NCBI GenBank assembly: GCA_003170275.1
Contig: PNAM01000096.1
Location: forward strand, 34,944-98,943
Source of the DNA: Myxococcales bacterium
Lineage (GTDB): Bacteria > Myxococcota_A > Polyangia > Palsa-1104
DNA length: 64,000 nucleotides
Reading direction: 5' to 3'
Below are positions 9,801-17,562 of this stretch, in pieces (the first letter of the stretch is position 1; every line of letters starts with the position of its first letter). The position numbers and the translations under genes were made by a program. Under the pieces are notes generated by a model. That model was not told where the DNA came from and did no database searches. It saw only the letters and a list, made by a program, of their open reading frames with translations.

Positions 9801-10471
9801 TAGTCGATCGAGCAGCCCTCCGAGCCGTAGGACATGGGATAGGTGCCGGCGAGGTTGAAGGTCCAGGCGACGGTGCAGTTCGAGCCGTGCAGCGCGTAGA
9901 CCTTGTTCGCCGTGGTGTCCGAGCACATGTGCTTGGTGATGACGAAGACCAGGTCGTCGTTCCACGTGGTCTGGAAGCTCCCGCCCGGGGTCGAGTAGGC
10001 ATTGAGCTGCACCGTCGGCGAGCCGACGATCGTGTCCGAGCTGCAGGTGGCGCCGCGTCCGAGGAGCGGCGAGGTGCACTGCAACGTCGGGGTCCCCGGT
10101 GCATTGCTGTCGAAGTCATAGCGCCGCACCTTGGCGTCGGCGCCGGCGATGAAGATGGAGGTCTTGGTGCCGTTGTTCTTGAGCGGTACCGGAATCGGGA
10201 CGTTGCTGATGGTCGCCGGCGACGGCGTGACCGAGTACTTGGTCGCCGCGTTGGTGTTGTCGACGATGTACATCGTCTTGTCCTGGGCGGTGTAGCTGAA
10301 CGACTTGCCCTTCGGGTTCCAGGAGGTGTCGCTGATCGCCGACGTGGCGCTGCCGCCTGCTGCATTGAGCTGCGTGTGATCGATCGCGTTGAGGCTGCAC
10401 TGAGCCTCGGCGCGACCCGCGGCCCACCCCAAGACCCCGAAGCACGCGGCGAGAGCCAAGGACCTTGTCAC
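6872..10471 (-). CDS. Large secreted protein: PQQ-like beta-propeller, Cys-rich/Stigma1-like repeats, carbohydrate-binding-like domain
   Basis: GGAGG SD 6 nt before GTG at 10471; signal peptide (TRSLALAACFGVLGWAAGRAEAQ); propeller blades (LWAISTVNGTLSWS, LYLGTQTGTL); DIMNDRSNCGSCGNAC motif; NLVKNPSFESGFTNW jelly-roll/CBM-like start. Confidence 0.8.
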   Translation of the reverse strand: MTRSLALAACFGVLGWAAGRAEAQCSLNAIDHTQLNAAGGSATSAISDTSWNPKGKSFSYTAQDKTMYIVDNTNAATKYSVTPSPATISNVPIPVPLKNNGTKTSIFIAGADAKVRRYDFDSNAPGTPTLQCTSPLLGRGATCSSDTIVGSPTVQLNAYSTPGGSFQTTWNDDLVFVITKHMCSDTTANKVYALHGSNCTVAWTFNLAGTYPMSYGSEGCSIDYTNDLIYCGTQVPISHPQASLWAISTVNGTLSWSVNADSLITRPELRGNRLYLGTQTGTLRVHSAVDGSTIWTTPIIAGGSINRSPWPEPRLTGGMNTVVMVGDSAGVLHSVTDNGGAPGLSWTYTPTGGAKVMSAPVLSNLAGKVYVGLNNGQLHQLNLITGTDEQYTAAAGGTDTVYDPALDVATTSSVDLDRMRVATSINTAGTGAQNFKTYCVPWPLSGGPGTSILPPGAPGPKVSCQCPANTPCVTYVCNPITGNCNPQVVANGTSCNDGVSCGCDSPSGGFCPGGADGHCQAGQCVFNTTDSTCSPASCNTAGQKGACPNGTYCCGGAKCVDIMNDRSNCGSCGNACAASRFGATTPAGVDKCVQGICVRDETFYCSPTAPTEAQLNNLATSLMGADNIAFPTLRTLTGGADGTRCGLAFSTYNTTNTGPACSGTCGFFGPVIGPGFNNGIALVDPNAPWRVSTWTEAACDCAIFGAPPVYPFHGVWPMWVTDESFVYDANWAIAGTRINYPAGGNPQPGMFLVVPGDTTNLVKNPSFESGFTNWTSVGSTAVQSSGCSVGAGTQCARLNSTLSSCGTPNNNYIYQTNIKIPDGATTIDFAYKVVSNDSITFDNFHAVFNYGSFPFFGSKTLLANTLGDGTWESASADVSDLAGVTGTLEFMVHDDGCPGDPTTAYVDNIQVTASGNNIDDSQSTGDVFGSSSCPGGNCPYNNRIYNEGVVGPVMLETGVQEGTSWLGMLYANWPNNGDLFRINADCSGSGSGCTFTNPTVLGWPPLPFTGWVSGGRITTLAWTDYACRSMGAGCTTIDAIPQDAIITQGTKVFFWHWKGDGMMGGASSGIWADLADPAWYQPDPTNMAEQNIIGVLSTSADPLYGDVYFEARDVTGGVQDLVLYFSNSYLAQGGPVHVYNVGDMAKTLSLTGSQNGSPINVPYSFSVDGRVAAANADLIRMTVTGPNTNPSFISMPLWP

Positions 10472-10871
10472 GTAAGACCTCCGGCGGCGAGACTGCATAA
10501 AGGTTGTATTGCGCAAAGCTTCGCCTCCCACGAACCATCCATTGTAGCCCCTTTGACGTCGCACCGGTGCAGAAAAGCTCGGATCCGGCGCCGCCGAATC
10601 AGCCGGTGGTCGATCCAGCGCCGCGCGTGCGGCGTCCCTACGAGCAGCCGCAGATCATCTGGTGAGAGGCCTACGAGCCGATGGGCCTCGGCATTTCGTG
10701 CGCGAAGTTTCCCGGTCTTCATCTCACCCGAAGCCCAGAGCAATCGCCGTACCGAACCCATAGCCCTGCGAATCCGTGGTTTCTCGACGAGAATGGGCCG
10801 CCGCGGGTGGCACGTGCCAGGCACAGTGTGCCGCATTTGGTGTGGGCGGGGGTGCGACCGCGCCCACGCGA

Positions 10872-11438
10872 TCAGCGGCGCTTTCGCGCCTTCTTGCGGA
10901 CCGGCGCGGCCGGCTCGATCGGCGGCGGCGTCTCGTCCGGCTCGACGGACGGAGTGGTCACCGGCGTGGCGGCTTGCGGCGGTGGTGGGGGCGGCGCCGA
11001 CAGTCCGCTCGACGAGCGCTCGAGCGCCCACACCACGCTCTTCGTGATCAGCTTCTCGGTCTCGAGCGAAACGTTCGAGGACAGCCCGTCGGCCTTGAAC
11101 TCGCGCGTCTCCTTGACCAGCTCTTCGCCGCCGGCGCCGACGGTGAGCAGCTGCACCTTCCAGCTGCAATCGGTGCCCGCCAGGATCGCGCGCTCCTGCT
11201 TGAGCTTGCCGCCGATGGTCACGCGCGCGTCGCCGCCGGTGGACACGCGGCGCACGCTGCGGTTGCCCGAGAGCAGCCAGCGCAGCGCGTCCTCGACGGT
11301 GTCGCGCTCGTCACCCTGGACCTTGATCTCGACCGACATGGGCCGCTGCACGCCGCTGAGCTGCGGCGCGGGCCCGGCGCCGATGTAGCCGCCGCATGCG
11401 GACAGCGTGACGAGCGCAGGGACCAGCAGGCGGACCAT
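10872..11438 (-). CDS. Hypothetical lipoprotein with Pro-rich, basic C-terminus
   Basis: MVRLLVPALVTLSA-C lipobox; GC3-biased codons; TAAGAT box 6 nt upstream of the ATG. Confidence 0.75.
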   Translation of the reverse strand: MVRLLVPALVTLSACGGYIGAGPAPQLSGVQRPMSVEIKVQGDERDTVEDALRWLLSGNRSVRRVSTGGDARVTIGGKLKQERAILAGTDCSWKVQLLTVGAGGEELVKETREFKADGLSSNVSLETEKLITKSVVWALERSSSGLSAPPPPPPQAATPVTTPSVEPDETPPPIEPAAPVRKKARKRR

Positions 11439-11447
11439 CGACCGATC

Positions 11448-12323
11448 TTAGTCGATCTCGTCGGCCGGGCGCTCCTCGAAGTAGCGCGTGAACAGGTAGA
11501 AGCGGCTGCCCGTCAGGCGCAGCTCGTCGAGCGGGCACTCGGCGTCGGTCTCGCACTGCTGGCGCAGCTCCTCGAGGCGCTCGCGATCGTGCGCGTACAC
11601 GTTCCAGTCGCCGTCGCGCGGCTCGACGATGTCGAACAGCCAGTCCAGATCGCCCGCCGGGCGGTTGCCCCGCAGCGCGCCCACCTGGCCGTGAAAATCG
11701 ACGTAGCCGAAGCGGATGTAGTGCAGGTCGGTGGTCGACAAGATGCCCTGCTCGAGGTCGCCTTCGGGGTGCGTGTGGTAGGTGCCGATGAGCTGCTCGC
11801 GCGGCAACAGCGCGCCCAGGTCCGCGTCGGTCAGGCTGACCGTGTCGCGCGTGAAGCGGAACGGCGGCACCACCACGCGCGTGACGTCGACGTCGTTGCC
11901 GCCCGGCATGCGTCGCCCGAGCACGAACGCCGCCATCTCACCGAGGCCGCGTCGTCCCATCCCCTGTGCGACGGAGATCTGCTTGAGGCGCCGGAGCTGG
12001 CACACCGCGCGCGCCCCGAATCGCACGCGCGACAGCCGGCCGGCGAGCAGCACCGAGAAGCTGCGCGGCAGCGCCTTACACTCGCGCTCGTCGAAGCCGG
12101 GCGTGCCCACCTCGCTCAGCGCCACCTTGAGCACCGCTGCGTTGGCCATCGCGTCGTCGGGATCGAGGCGGGGGATGCCGGGCGAGACCTCGCCGCGGGT
12201 CAGGCCGCGCGCCAGCGGGTTGTGGATCCGCTCGCCGTTTTCCTGGCGCAGCTGCACCGCGCCGAGGATGGACAGGAACGCGGCCAGGTACAGCGAGATG
12301 ACCACGTGCGGCGATGAAGGCAT
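11448..12323 (-). CDS. JAB/MPN (JAMM) metalloprotease-like protein with N-terminal hydrophobic segment
   Basis: GEMAAFVLG (candidate catalytic Glu) and IGTYHTHPEGDLEQGILSTTD (HxH...S..D); N-terminal VVISLYLAAFLSILGAV. Confidence 0.75.
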   Translation of the reverse strand: MPSSPHVVISLYLAAFLSILGAVQLRQENGERIHNPLARGLTRGEVSPGIPRLDPDDAMANAAVLKVALSEVGTPGFDERECKALPRSFSVLLAGRLSRVRFGARAVCQLRRLKQISVAQGMGRRGLGEMAAFVLGRRMPGGNDVDVTRVVVPPFRFTRDTVSLTDADLGALLPREQLIGTYHTHPEGDLEQGILSTTDLHYIRFGYVDFHGQVGALRGNRPAGDLDWLFDIVEPRDGDWNVYAHDRERLEELRQQCETDAECPLDELRLTGSRFYLFTRYFEERPADEID

Positions 12324-12393
12324 CGGTTTTCGTTCTACGCTGGGAGAAGCAGGATTCTACCCGGGAGGATAACTGGCTGGAAGGACGAGAGAA

Positions 12394-13860
12394 TTAGTAG
12401 GCGCGGGTAATCTGGACCAGGTTTCCGCTGGCCGACCCGGAGGCGCCGAAGTAGATATTGCCGGTGCTCAGCGTCGTCGAGTCGTAGGTCAGGTAGTCGA
12501 TGACGCAGGTGGTGTCGATGCTCGAGCCGTACTGCGGGCTGGCTGCCGGGGCGGCGAACACGGTCGTGCTGCCGTCGAGGACGAAGCGATCCATGAAGCC
12601 GCCGCCGTCGCCGATGAACAGGTTGCCGTTGAACAACGTCGGCGAGGAGCGCGGGTGGGTGACGTCACCGGTGCCGACGGTCGGCTGCGACAGGATCGTC
12701 GACCCCGCGGTGATCGGGTAGGCGATCTTGAACAGCTGGTTGTCGAAACCGACGTAGGCGAACGGCGGGGTCGAGTCCAGGTCGACGCTCGGCGACGACC
12801 ACACCGCGCCGGGGTGGCCGGTGAGGAAGGGGAGCGTCGCCGTGATCGCTCCCAGGGGGCTGAGCTCGAACATCCGCTGGTTGGCGGCGGCGATCACCAC
12901 CTCGCGTCCCATGTCGAACCACGGCGTGGCGTAGACCGCATCGTCGGCGCCGCAGGTGCCGGGGCACAGGTTGGTGGTCGAGAGCACCGCGCCGCTGGTC
13001 GCGTCGACGCGCAAGAGCTGGCCGGCGTCGTTGCCCAGCCAAACCACGCCGTTCCACACCACCGGGAAGGTATGAAGCGCCGACGCGGTGAGCAGACGCG
13101 GAAAGCCGGCGATCGCCGTCCCGCTATCGCCGTCCATCGCGTACAGGTTTCCTGACGTGTCCCCGATGTAGAGCAGGTTGGTCGCGAAATCGACCCAGAA
13201 GCCAGTGTGCACGAAGCTCTTGCCCGTCGAGTGGACCCACCTGGGCGTGACGGTGGTCGGGACGTCGCTGCAGGTGGCCAGGTTGGGGATCGCGTACATG
13301 AAACCGTTGGCCGTTGCGACGTAGAACGTCTGGCCGTCGAGCGAGAGCGTGATGAAGCTGTTGTCGACGGATCCAGCGAGCGGCGTTTCGCCGCACACGT
13401 CGGGCGGCGCGTCGGCCGGCTTGTAAAGGTTGTAGTAGCTGCGCGCCACCCAGCCGCTGCCTGTGTTGACCACCGCGTAGAGCCGGTCGTCGGCGTCGCT
13501 CAGCATCGGGTAGTTGGGAATGAACAGCGCGGGCGTGGTGTCGACGCCGCTGGCGAAGGACATGTTCCAGTCCAACTTTCCGAGCGGCGCCGGCGCGGGC
13601 GCTGGATCGGGCATCGCGGGCGCCGGCGCCACGCCGGGGCTGCGGTAGACGTTCACGGTGCTGTGCACATGCGGCCGCAGCGCTGCGGCGATCGCGACGA
13701 ACCGTTCACGCACGCCGGGCGGCAGGATGAGCGGATCGAGACCACCGAAGCGCTGCCTGGTCTGATCGACGGCGAGCCCGCCGGACTTGGTCGGAGCCGG
13801 CGGCGAGCTGCACGCGCCCAGGGCGAGAAGGCTGGTCAGAAGGACATGATGTTTGCGCAT
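12394..13860 (-). CDS. PQQ-like beta-propeller lipoprotein
   Basis: MRKHHVLLTSLLALGA-C lipobox at ATG 13860; blades LLYIGDTSGNLYAMDGDSG, VVWLGNDAGQLLRVDATSG, LFIGDGGG. Confidence 0.82.
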   Translation of the reverse strand: MRKHHVLLTSLLALGACSSPPAPTKSGGLAVDQTRQRFGGLDPLILPPGVRERFVAIAAALRPHVHSTVNVYRSPGVAPAPAMPDPAPAPAPLGKLDWNMSFASGVDTTPALFIPNYPMLSDADDRLYAVVNTGSGWVARSYYNLYKPADAPPDVCGETPLAGSVDNSFITLSLDGQTFYVATANGFMYAIPNLATCSDVPTTVTPRWVHSTGKSFVHTGFWVDFATNLLYIGDTSGNLYAMDGDSGTAIAGFPRLLTASALHTFPVVWNGVVWLGNDAGQLLRVDATSGAVLSTTNLCPGTCGADDAVYATPWFDMGREVVIAAANQRMFELSPLGAITATLPFLTGHPGAVWSSPSVDLDSTPPFAYVGFDNQLFKIAYPITAGSTILSQPTVGTGDVTHPRSSPTLFNGNLFIGDGGGFMDRFVLDGSTTVFAAPAASPQYGSSIDTTCVIDYLTYDSTTLSTGNIYFGASGSASGNLVQITRAY

Positions 13861-13897
13861 GCCAGTCCATCGGCGGACCTGCACGCGCCTTGAGCGG

Positions 13898-15301
13898 CTA
13901 AAGCGACAATCGCACCAGGCCGCCGCGCGTGCCCACCCACACCCGACCACCCTCGGCGACCAGCGCCGTCACGTCGTCGGAGGGGAGGGCCACGCGCTGC
14001 CCGTCGACCAGCAGGCCGTCGCCGAGCGTCATCACCGCCAGGCGCGCGCCGATGCGGGCGATCCCGTTCGGGTTGATCCACGCCTTGGCGAGACCCGGCT
14101 CGATCCGGCCGTGCCCGTCGGGAGCGAGGCGCGCCACGCCGGCGTCGTAGGTTCCGGCGAGCACGTCGTTGCCGTCGGGCAATAGCGCGGTCACCCAGTT
14201 GTGCGGCAGCGCGCCCGAAGCTTGCGTGTAGAGCGTGGCGCCGCTCGCGCCCAGACGCACCACGCCTTCGGCGGTGCCGGCCCACAGCGCGCCGTCGGCG
14301 GTCTCGGCGACCGCGTAGGCCAGGCGCGACGGCAGGCCGTTTCGCTCGTCGAGGACGCGCATGCCGTCGCCGTAGCCGTCGGATGACAGGCCGACCACGC
14401 CCTGTCCCGTAGCCAGCCACAAGGTGTGCCCGCGGCCGCCGGCGAGGCCGTTGACGTGCTCCGAGGCGAGGCCGAGCTCGAGACGCTCGGCACGATCTTC
14501 CGCGCGCAGGCGGTAGAGGCCCTTGGGCGTGCCGATGAACAGCGTCTGACCATCGGAGTAGAGCGCGTTGATGAACGCGGGCACGCCGGCTACCGAGGTG
14601 AAGCGCCCATCGGCGCCGCGCCGGCTCAGCCCGCGATCGAAGGTGCCGGCGTAGAGCGCGCCGAGGTGGGTGGCGAGCGCGGTGATGTGGCCCGACGCCA
14701 GGCCCGAGCTGGGCGCAGCGGGTTGCGCGCAGGCCGGGCCGGGCAGGCGCGCCTCGACGCCCGCGCGGGTCTCGACGAAGCAGCCGGCGTACACGCCGCG
14801 GACCAGCCGCACGGCTCCCGACGGCGCGATGCGCCACCAGCCGTACGGCCCGGCGCCGGCGTGCACGCTGCCGTCGCGCGCGGCCCACAGCGCGGTCAGC
14901 TCGCGCCTGCGCAGCACCGCGTGCGTCGAGCGATGCGCGCCGCTCGCGTCGACGTACCACAAGCCGGTGGCGGCGGTGCCCACCCACAGTCGATCGTCGC
15001 GCGCGGCCAGCGCCCGCACCGCATCTCCAGGAAGGCCGCGCACCGTCGAGAAATGCGCGCCGTCCCACACGAACACGCCGGCCGAGCGAAAGGCGACGGT
15101 CAGCTGCCCGCGCCACACCGCCAGCGCGGTCGGGTTCGGATCGGGCAGCCCGTTGCACCAGGTGAGCGACTGCTTGCCGATGCGCAGCTCGCCGGCGCGC
15201 GCGGTGACCTGCGTTCCGTCGGGGAGCACGGTCCGCGCGAGCGCCGGTCCTTCGGGCACCAGGCACTCGGCGGCCGCCAGGAGGAGCGCCAGCCCGAGCA
15301 T
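13898..15301 (-). CDS. Exported beta-propeller protein (two-component-regulator-propeller-like repeats)
   Basis: ATG 15301 overlaps the upstream stop (TGATG); signal MLGLALLLAAAEC; repeats GLP...V.AL....LW.GT..GL. Confidence 0.82.
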   Translation of the reverse strand: MLGLALLLAAAECLVPEGPALARTVLPDGTQVTARAGELRIGKQSLTWCNGLPDPNPTALAVWRGQLTVAFRSAGVFVWDGAHFSTVRGLPGDAVRALAARDDRLWVGTAATGLWYVDASGAHRSTHAVLRRRELTALWAARDGSVHAGAGPYGWWRIAPSGAVRLVRGVYAGCFVETRAGVEARLPGPACAQPAAPSSGLASGHITALATHLGALYAGTFDRGLSRRGADGRFTSVAGVPAFINALYSDGQTLFIGTPKGLYRLRAEDRAERLELGLASEHVNGLAGGRGHTLWLATGQGVVGLSSDGYGDGMRVLDERNGLPSRLAYAVAETADGALWAGTAEGVVRLGASGATLYTQASGALPHNWVTALLPDGNDVLAGTYDAGVARLAPDGHGRIEPGLAKAWINPNGIARIGARLAVMTLGDGLLVDGQRVALPSDDVTALVAEGGRVWVGTRGGLVRLSL

Positions 15302-17562
15302 CAGCGAACCTCGACGGCGAGCGACGTCTCCGAGGTGTTGGACGCGAAGTCGGTGGTCAAGAGGCGCAGCACGTGGTGGCCGGGCGCAAGGTCGAGCACG
15401 ACGCCCGCCTGCCACACCTCGGTCTCGCCGGCGCGCTGCAGCGGCACGTCGGTGTCGCCCACGCGCACGACGATGTGCTTCAGGTCGATACGATCGCGCA
15501 CGATCGCGTCGCCGCCCTTGTCGAACACGCCGTCCTTGACCCGCGCGGTGAGCAGCACGCGCGAGCCACGCTCGACCGGACCCGCGCCGTCGCGCGAGAG
15601 CACGAACGTGGGCGGGCGCGAATCGACCTGGAAGAACAGCGTGCCGCGCAAGAGCGTGCCGGCCTGCGCGTCGACGAACACGCGCACCCGATACAGCCCG
15701 TCGACCACGCCGCGCGGCACCAGGAAGCGGCCCAGCCACAGCTCCTCGTCGGGCTGCCAGGCGCACTCGACGACTTCGCCCCACGGCAGGATCGCGCGCA
15801 CGCCCAGCGCCGAGCGCGGCGCGCGGATGCGGATCTCGGGATCGCCCGGCTTGATGCGATCGGGCGAGAGCGAGTCGGTGACCACGAAGCTGGTGAAGCG
15901 GGTCATGAGGTTGTAGTCCTTGCCCAGGCTGCGGATCTCGCTGGAGAGCTGCGCGAGCTCCGCGGGCGGCGCACCGGCGTCGATCCGGGACTCGAGGTTG
16001 CGCACGCGCATGCGCGCCCACTCGACGGCCAGGCCGCGATCGCCGCGCCCGTCGGGCTCGGCCGGCACGACGATGCGCTGCTCGAGCTGGAACGGCCGAT
16101 CGTGCAGGCGGCCCGACATGCGCAGCGTCAGATCGCCGTCGGCGCGCGCCATCAGCCGCACCGATTCGCCCACCGCCAGGCGGGTGGGGATCGCGCCCTC
16201 GAGGTGGCTCACCGTCGGGCCGATCAGCAGCATCTCCAGCCCTTCGATGGTCGGCGCGACGGCCAGGCGCGTGAGCTCGCCGACCGCCTCGTCGCCCGCC
16301 GGGCCGTCCGGCACGTAGCGCGTGGTCACCGACGGGAACAGCGCCTCGAGCGCGCTCTTGCGCGAGGGATAGTTGAAGTGCGCGATCACCACGCGGGTGT
16401 TGGCGAAGTCCTTGCGCGTGGCGGCGCCTCCTTCGTAGAGCTCACCGACGGTGGGCTGGCCGTCGGTCATGAGCACCAGCAGGCCGCGCGGCGAGCCCTT
16501 GAGCAACAGCGCCGCCTCGTCGAGCGCCGCCTCCAGGTTCGAGCGCCCGTGCGCGCGCAGCTTGCCGATCGCGTCGCGGGTCATCGCCAGCATCGCGCCG
16601 TGCGCCGGCACCATCCCGCCGTGCAGCGTCGTCACCTCGTCGTTGAACGACACCAGGTTCATGCGATCGGCGGAGGTCAGGCCGCCGAGCACGCCCTCGG
16701 CCAGCTTGCGCGCGCGCTCGAGCGGCTCACCGGCCATCGACAAGGAAGCGTCCACCACCATCACCACGTCGACCGGCTGGTGCAACAGCGGCACCGGATC
16801 GGCGTTGAACGCGATGCGCGCCTCGACGAACGCCGGCTCGTCCTTGTGCACGCGCACCGCGCGCGCCGCCAGGTCCATCGAGCTCGCGGGCTGCTGCCAG
16901 CGCAGCGCCAGATCGCGCTCGAGCCCGTCGTGCGCGCGGTGCAGGCGCGCGATCCACTGGTTGGCCGACGAGCGCTCGAGCCGCGCGTCGGGGTGGTTGA
17001 GCGACGTGGCCGACAAGATCGGCTGGTCGCTGACCATCGCCACCTCGAGGTCGAGCAGCGTCGGCGGCGGCGCGGCTTCGGTCTTGCCGGCGGGGAACAC
17101 GTAGCTGCGCTCGCCGCCCAGCTGCGCCAGCGTTTGCGCGTAGGTGAGCTCGGTGCGGCGCGTGCCGTGCGCGGGGATCGCGCCCAGCTTCATCTTGAAG
17201 CGGCTCTCGCCCTCCGACTCGGCGAGCCCCGCCTTTCGGCCCTCGTCGGCCGCCTTCTCGTATGTCTTGGCGGCGTTCTCGCGATCGTCGGCCTTGGCGT
17301 CGAGGCGCCGCCCGTCGCTGAACGACGCGAAGCCGGTCACCGCCGCGTCGGCCGGCAGCGGAAAGGTGTAGGTCGCCTCCGCCGCGCTCGGCAGATCGTT
17401 GACGAACACCTGCGTGACCACCGTGCGCGCGATATCGCCGTCGACGGTGACCTTGACGTTGGTGTAGGCGTTGCGCAACGCGCCCGCGGCGGTGCGCGCC
17501 AGGCCCGACGCCTGCGCCAGGTTGGGAACCAGCAGGATGAGAGCCAGCAGCGCGCGCTTCAC
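15301..17562 (-). CDS. Exported VIT + VWA domain protein (inter-alpha-trypsin-inhibitor heavy-chain-like)
   Basis: GTG 17562 with GGAGG SD and GTGA overlap; VIT (VTQVFVN...EATYTFPLPADAAVTGF); MIDAS DASLSM...TDG; YNLMTRFTSFVV; C-terminal Ig-like domains. Confidence 0.9.
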   Translation of the reverse strand: MKRALLALILLVPNLAQASGLARTAAGALRNAYTNVKVTVDGDIARTVVTQVFVNDLPSAAEATYTFPLPADAAVTGFASFSDGRRLDAKADDRENAAKTYEKAADEGRKAGLAESEGESRFKMKLGAIPAHGTRRTELTYAQTLAQLGGERSYVFPAGKTEAAPPPTLLDLEVAMVSDQPILSATSLNHPDARLERSSANQWIARLHRAHDGLERDLALRWQQPASSMDLAARAVRVHKDEPAFVEARIAFNADPVPLLHQPVDVVMVVDASLSMAGEPLERARKLAEGVLGGLTSADRMNLVSFNDEVTTLHGGMVPAHGAMLAMTRDAIGKLRAHGRSNLEAALDEAALLLKGSPRGLLVLMTDGQPTVGELYEGGAATRKDFANTRVVIAHFNYPSRKSALEALFPSVTTRYVPDGPAGDEAVGELTRLAVAPTIEGLEMLLIGPTVSHLEGAIPTRLAVGESVRLMARADGDLTLRMSGRLHDRPFQLEQRIVVPAEPDGRGDRGLAVEWARMRVRNLESRIDAGAPPAELAQLSSEIRSLGKDYNLMTRFTSFVVTDSLSPDRIKPGDPEIRIRAPRSALGVRAILPWGEVVECAWQPDEELWLGRFLVPRGVVDGLYRVRVFVDAQAGTLLRGTLFFQVDSRPPTFVLSRDGAGPVERGSRVLLTARVKDGVFDKGGDAIVRDRIDLKHIVVRVGDTDVPLQRAGETEVWQAGVVLDLAPGHHVLRLLTTDFASNTSETSLAVEVR

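Noticed and set aside
10808-10823. TGGCACGTGCCAGGCA as a sigma54 promoter for a gene
   Set aside because: It points in the plus direction into the 3' end of a minus-strand gene with no credible plus-strand CDS, and the -12 element is poor. Kept only as part of the intergenic observation.
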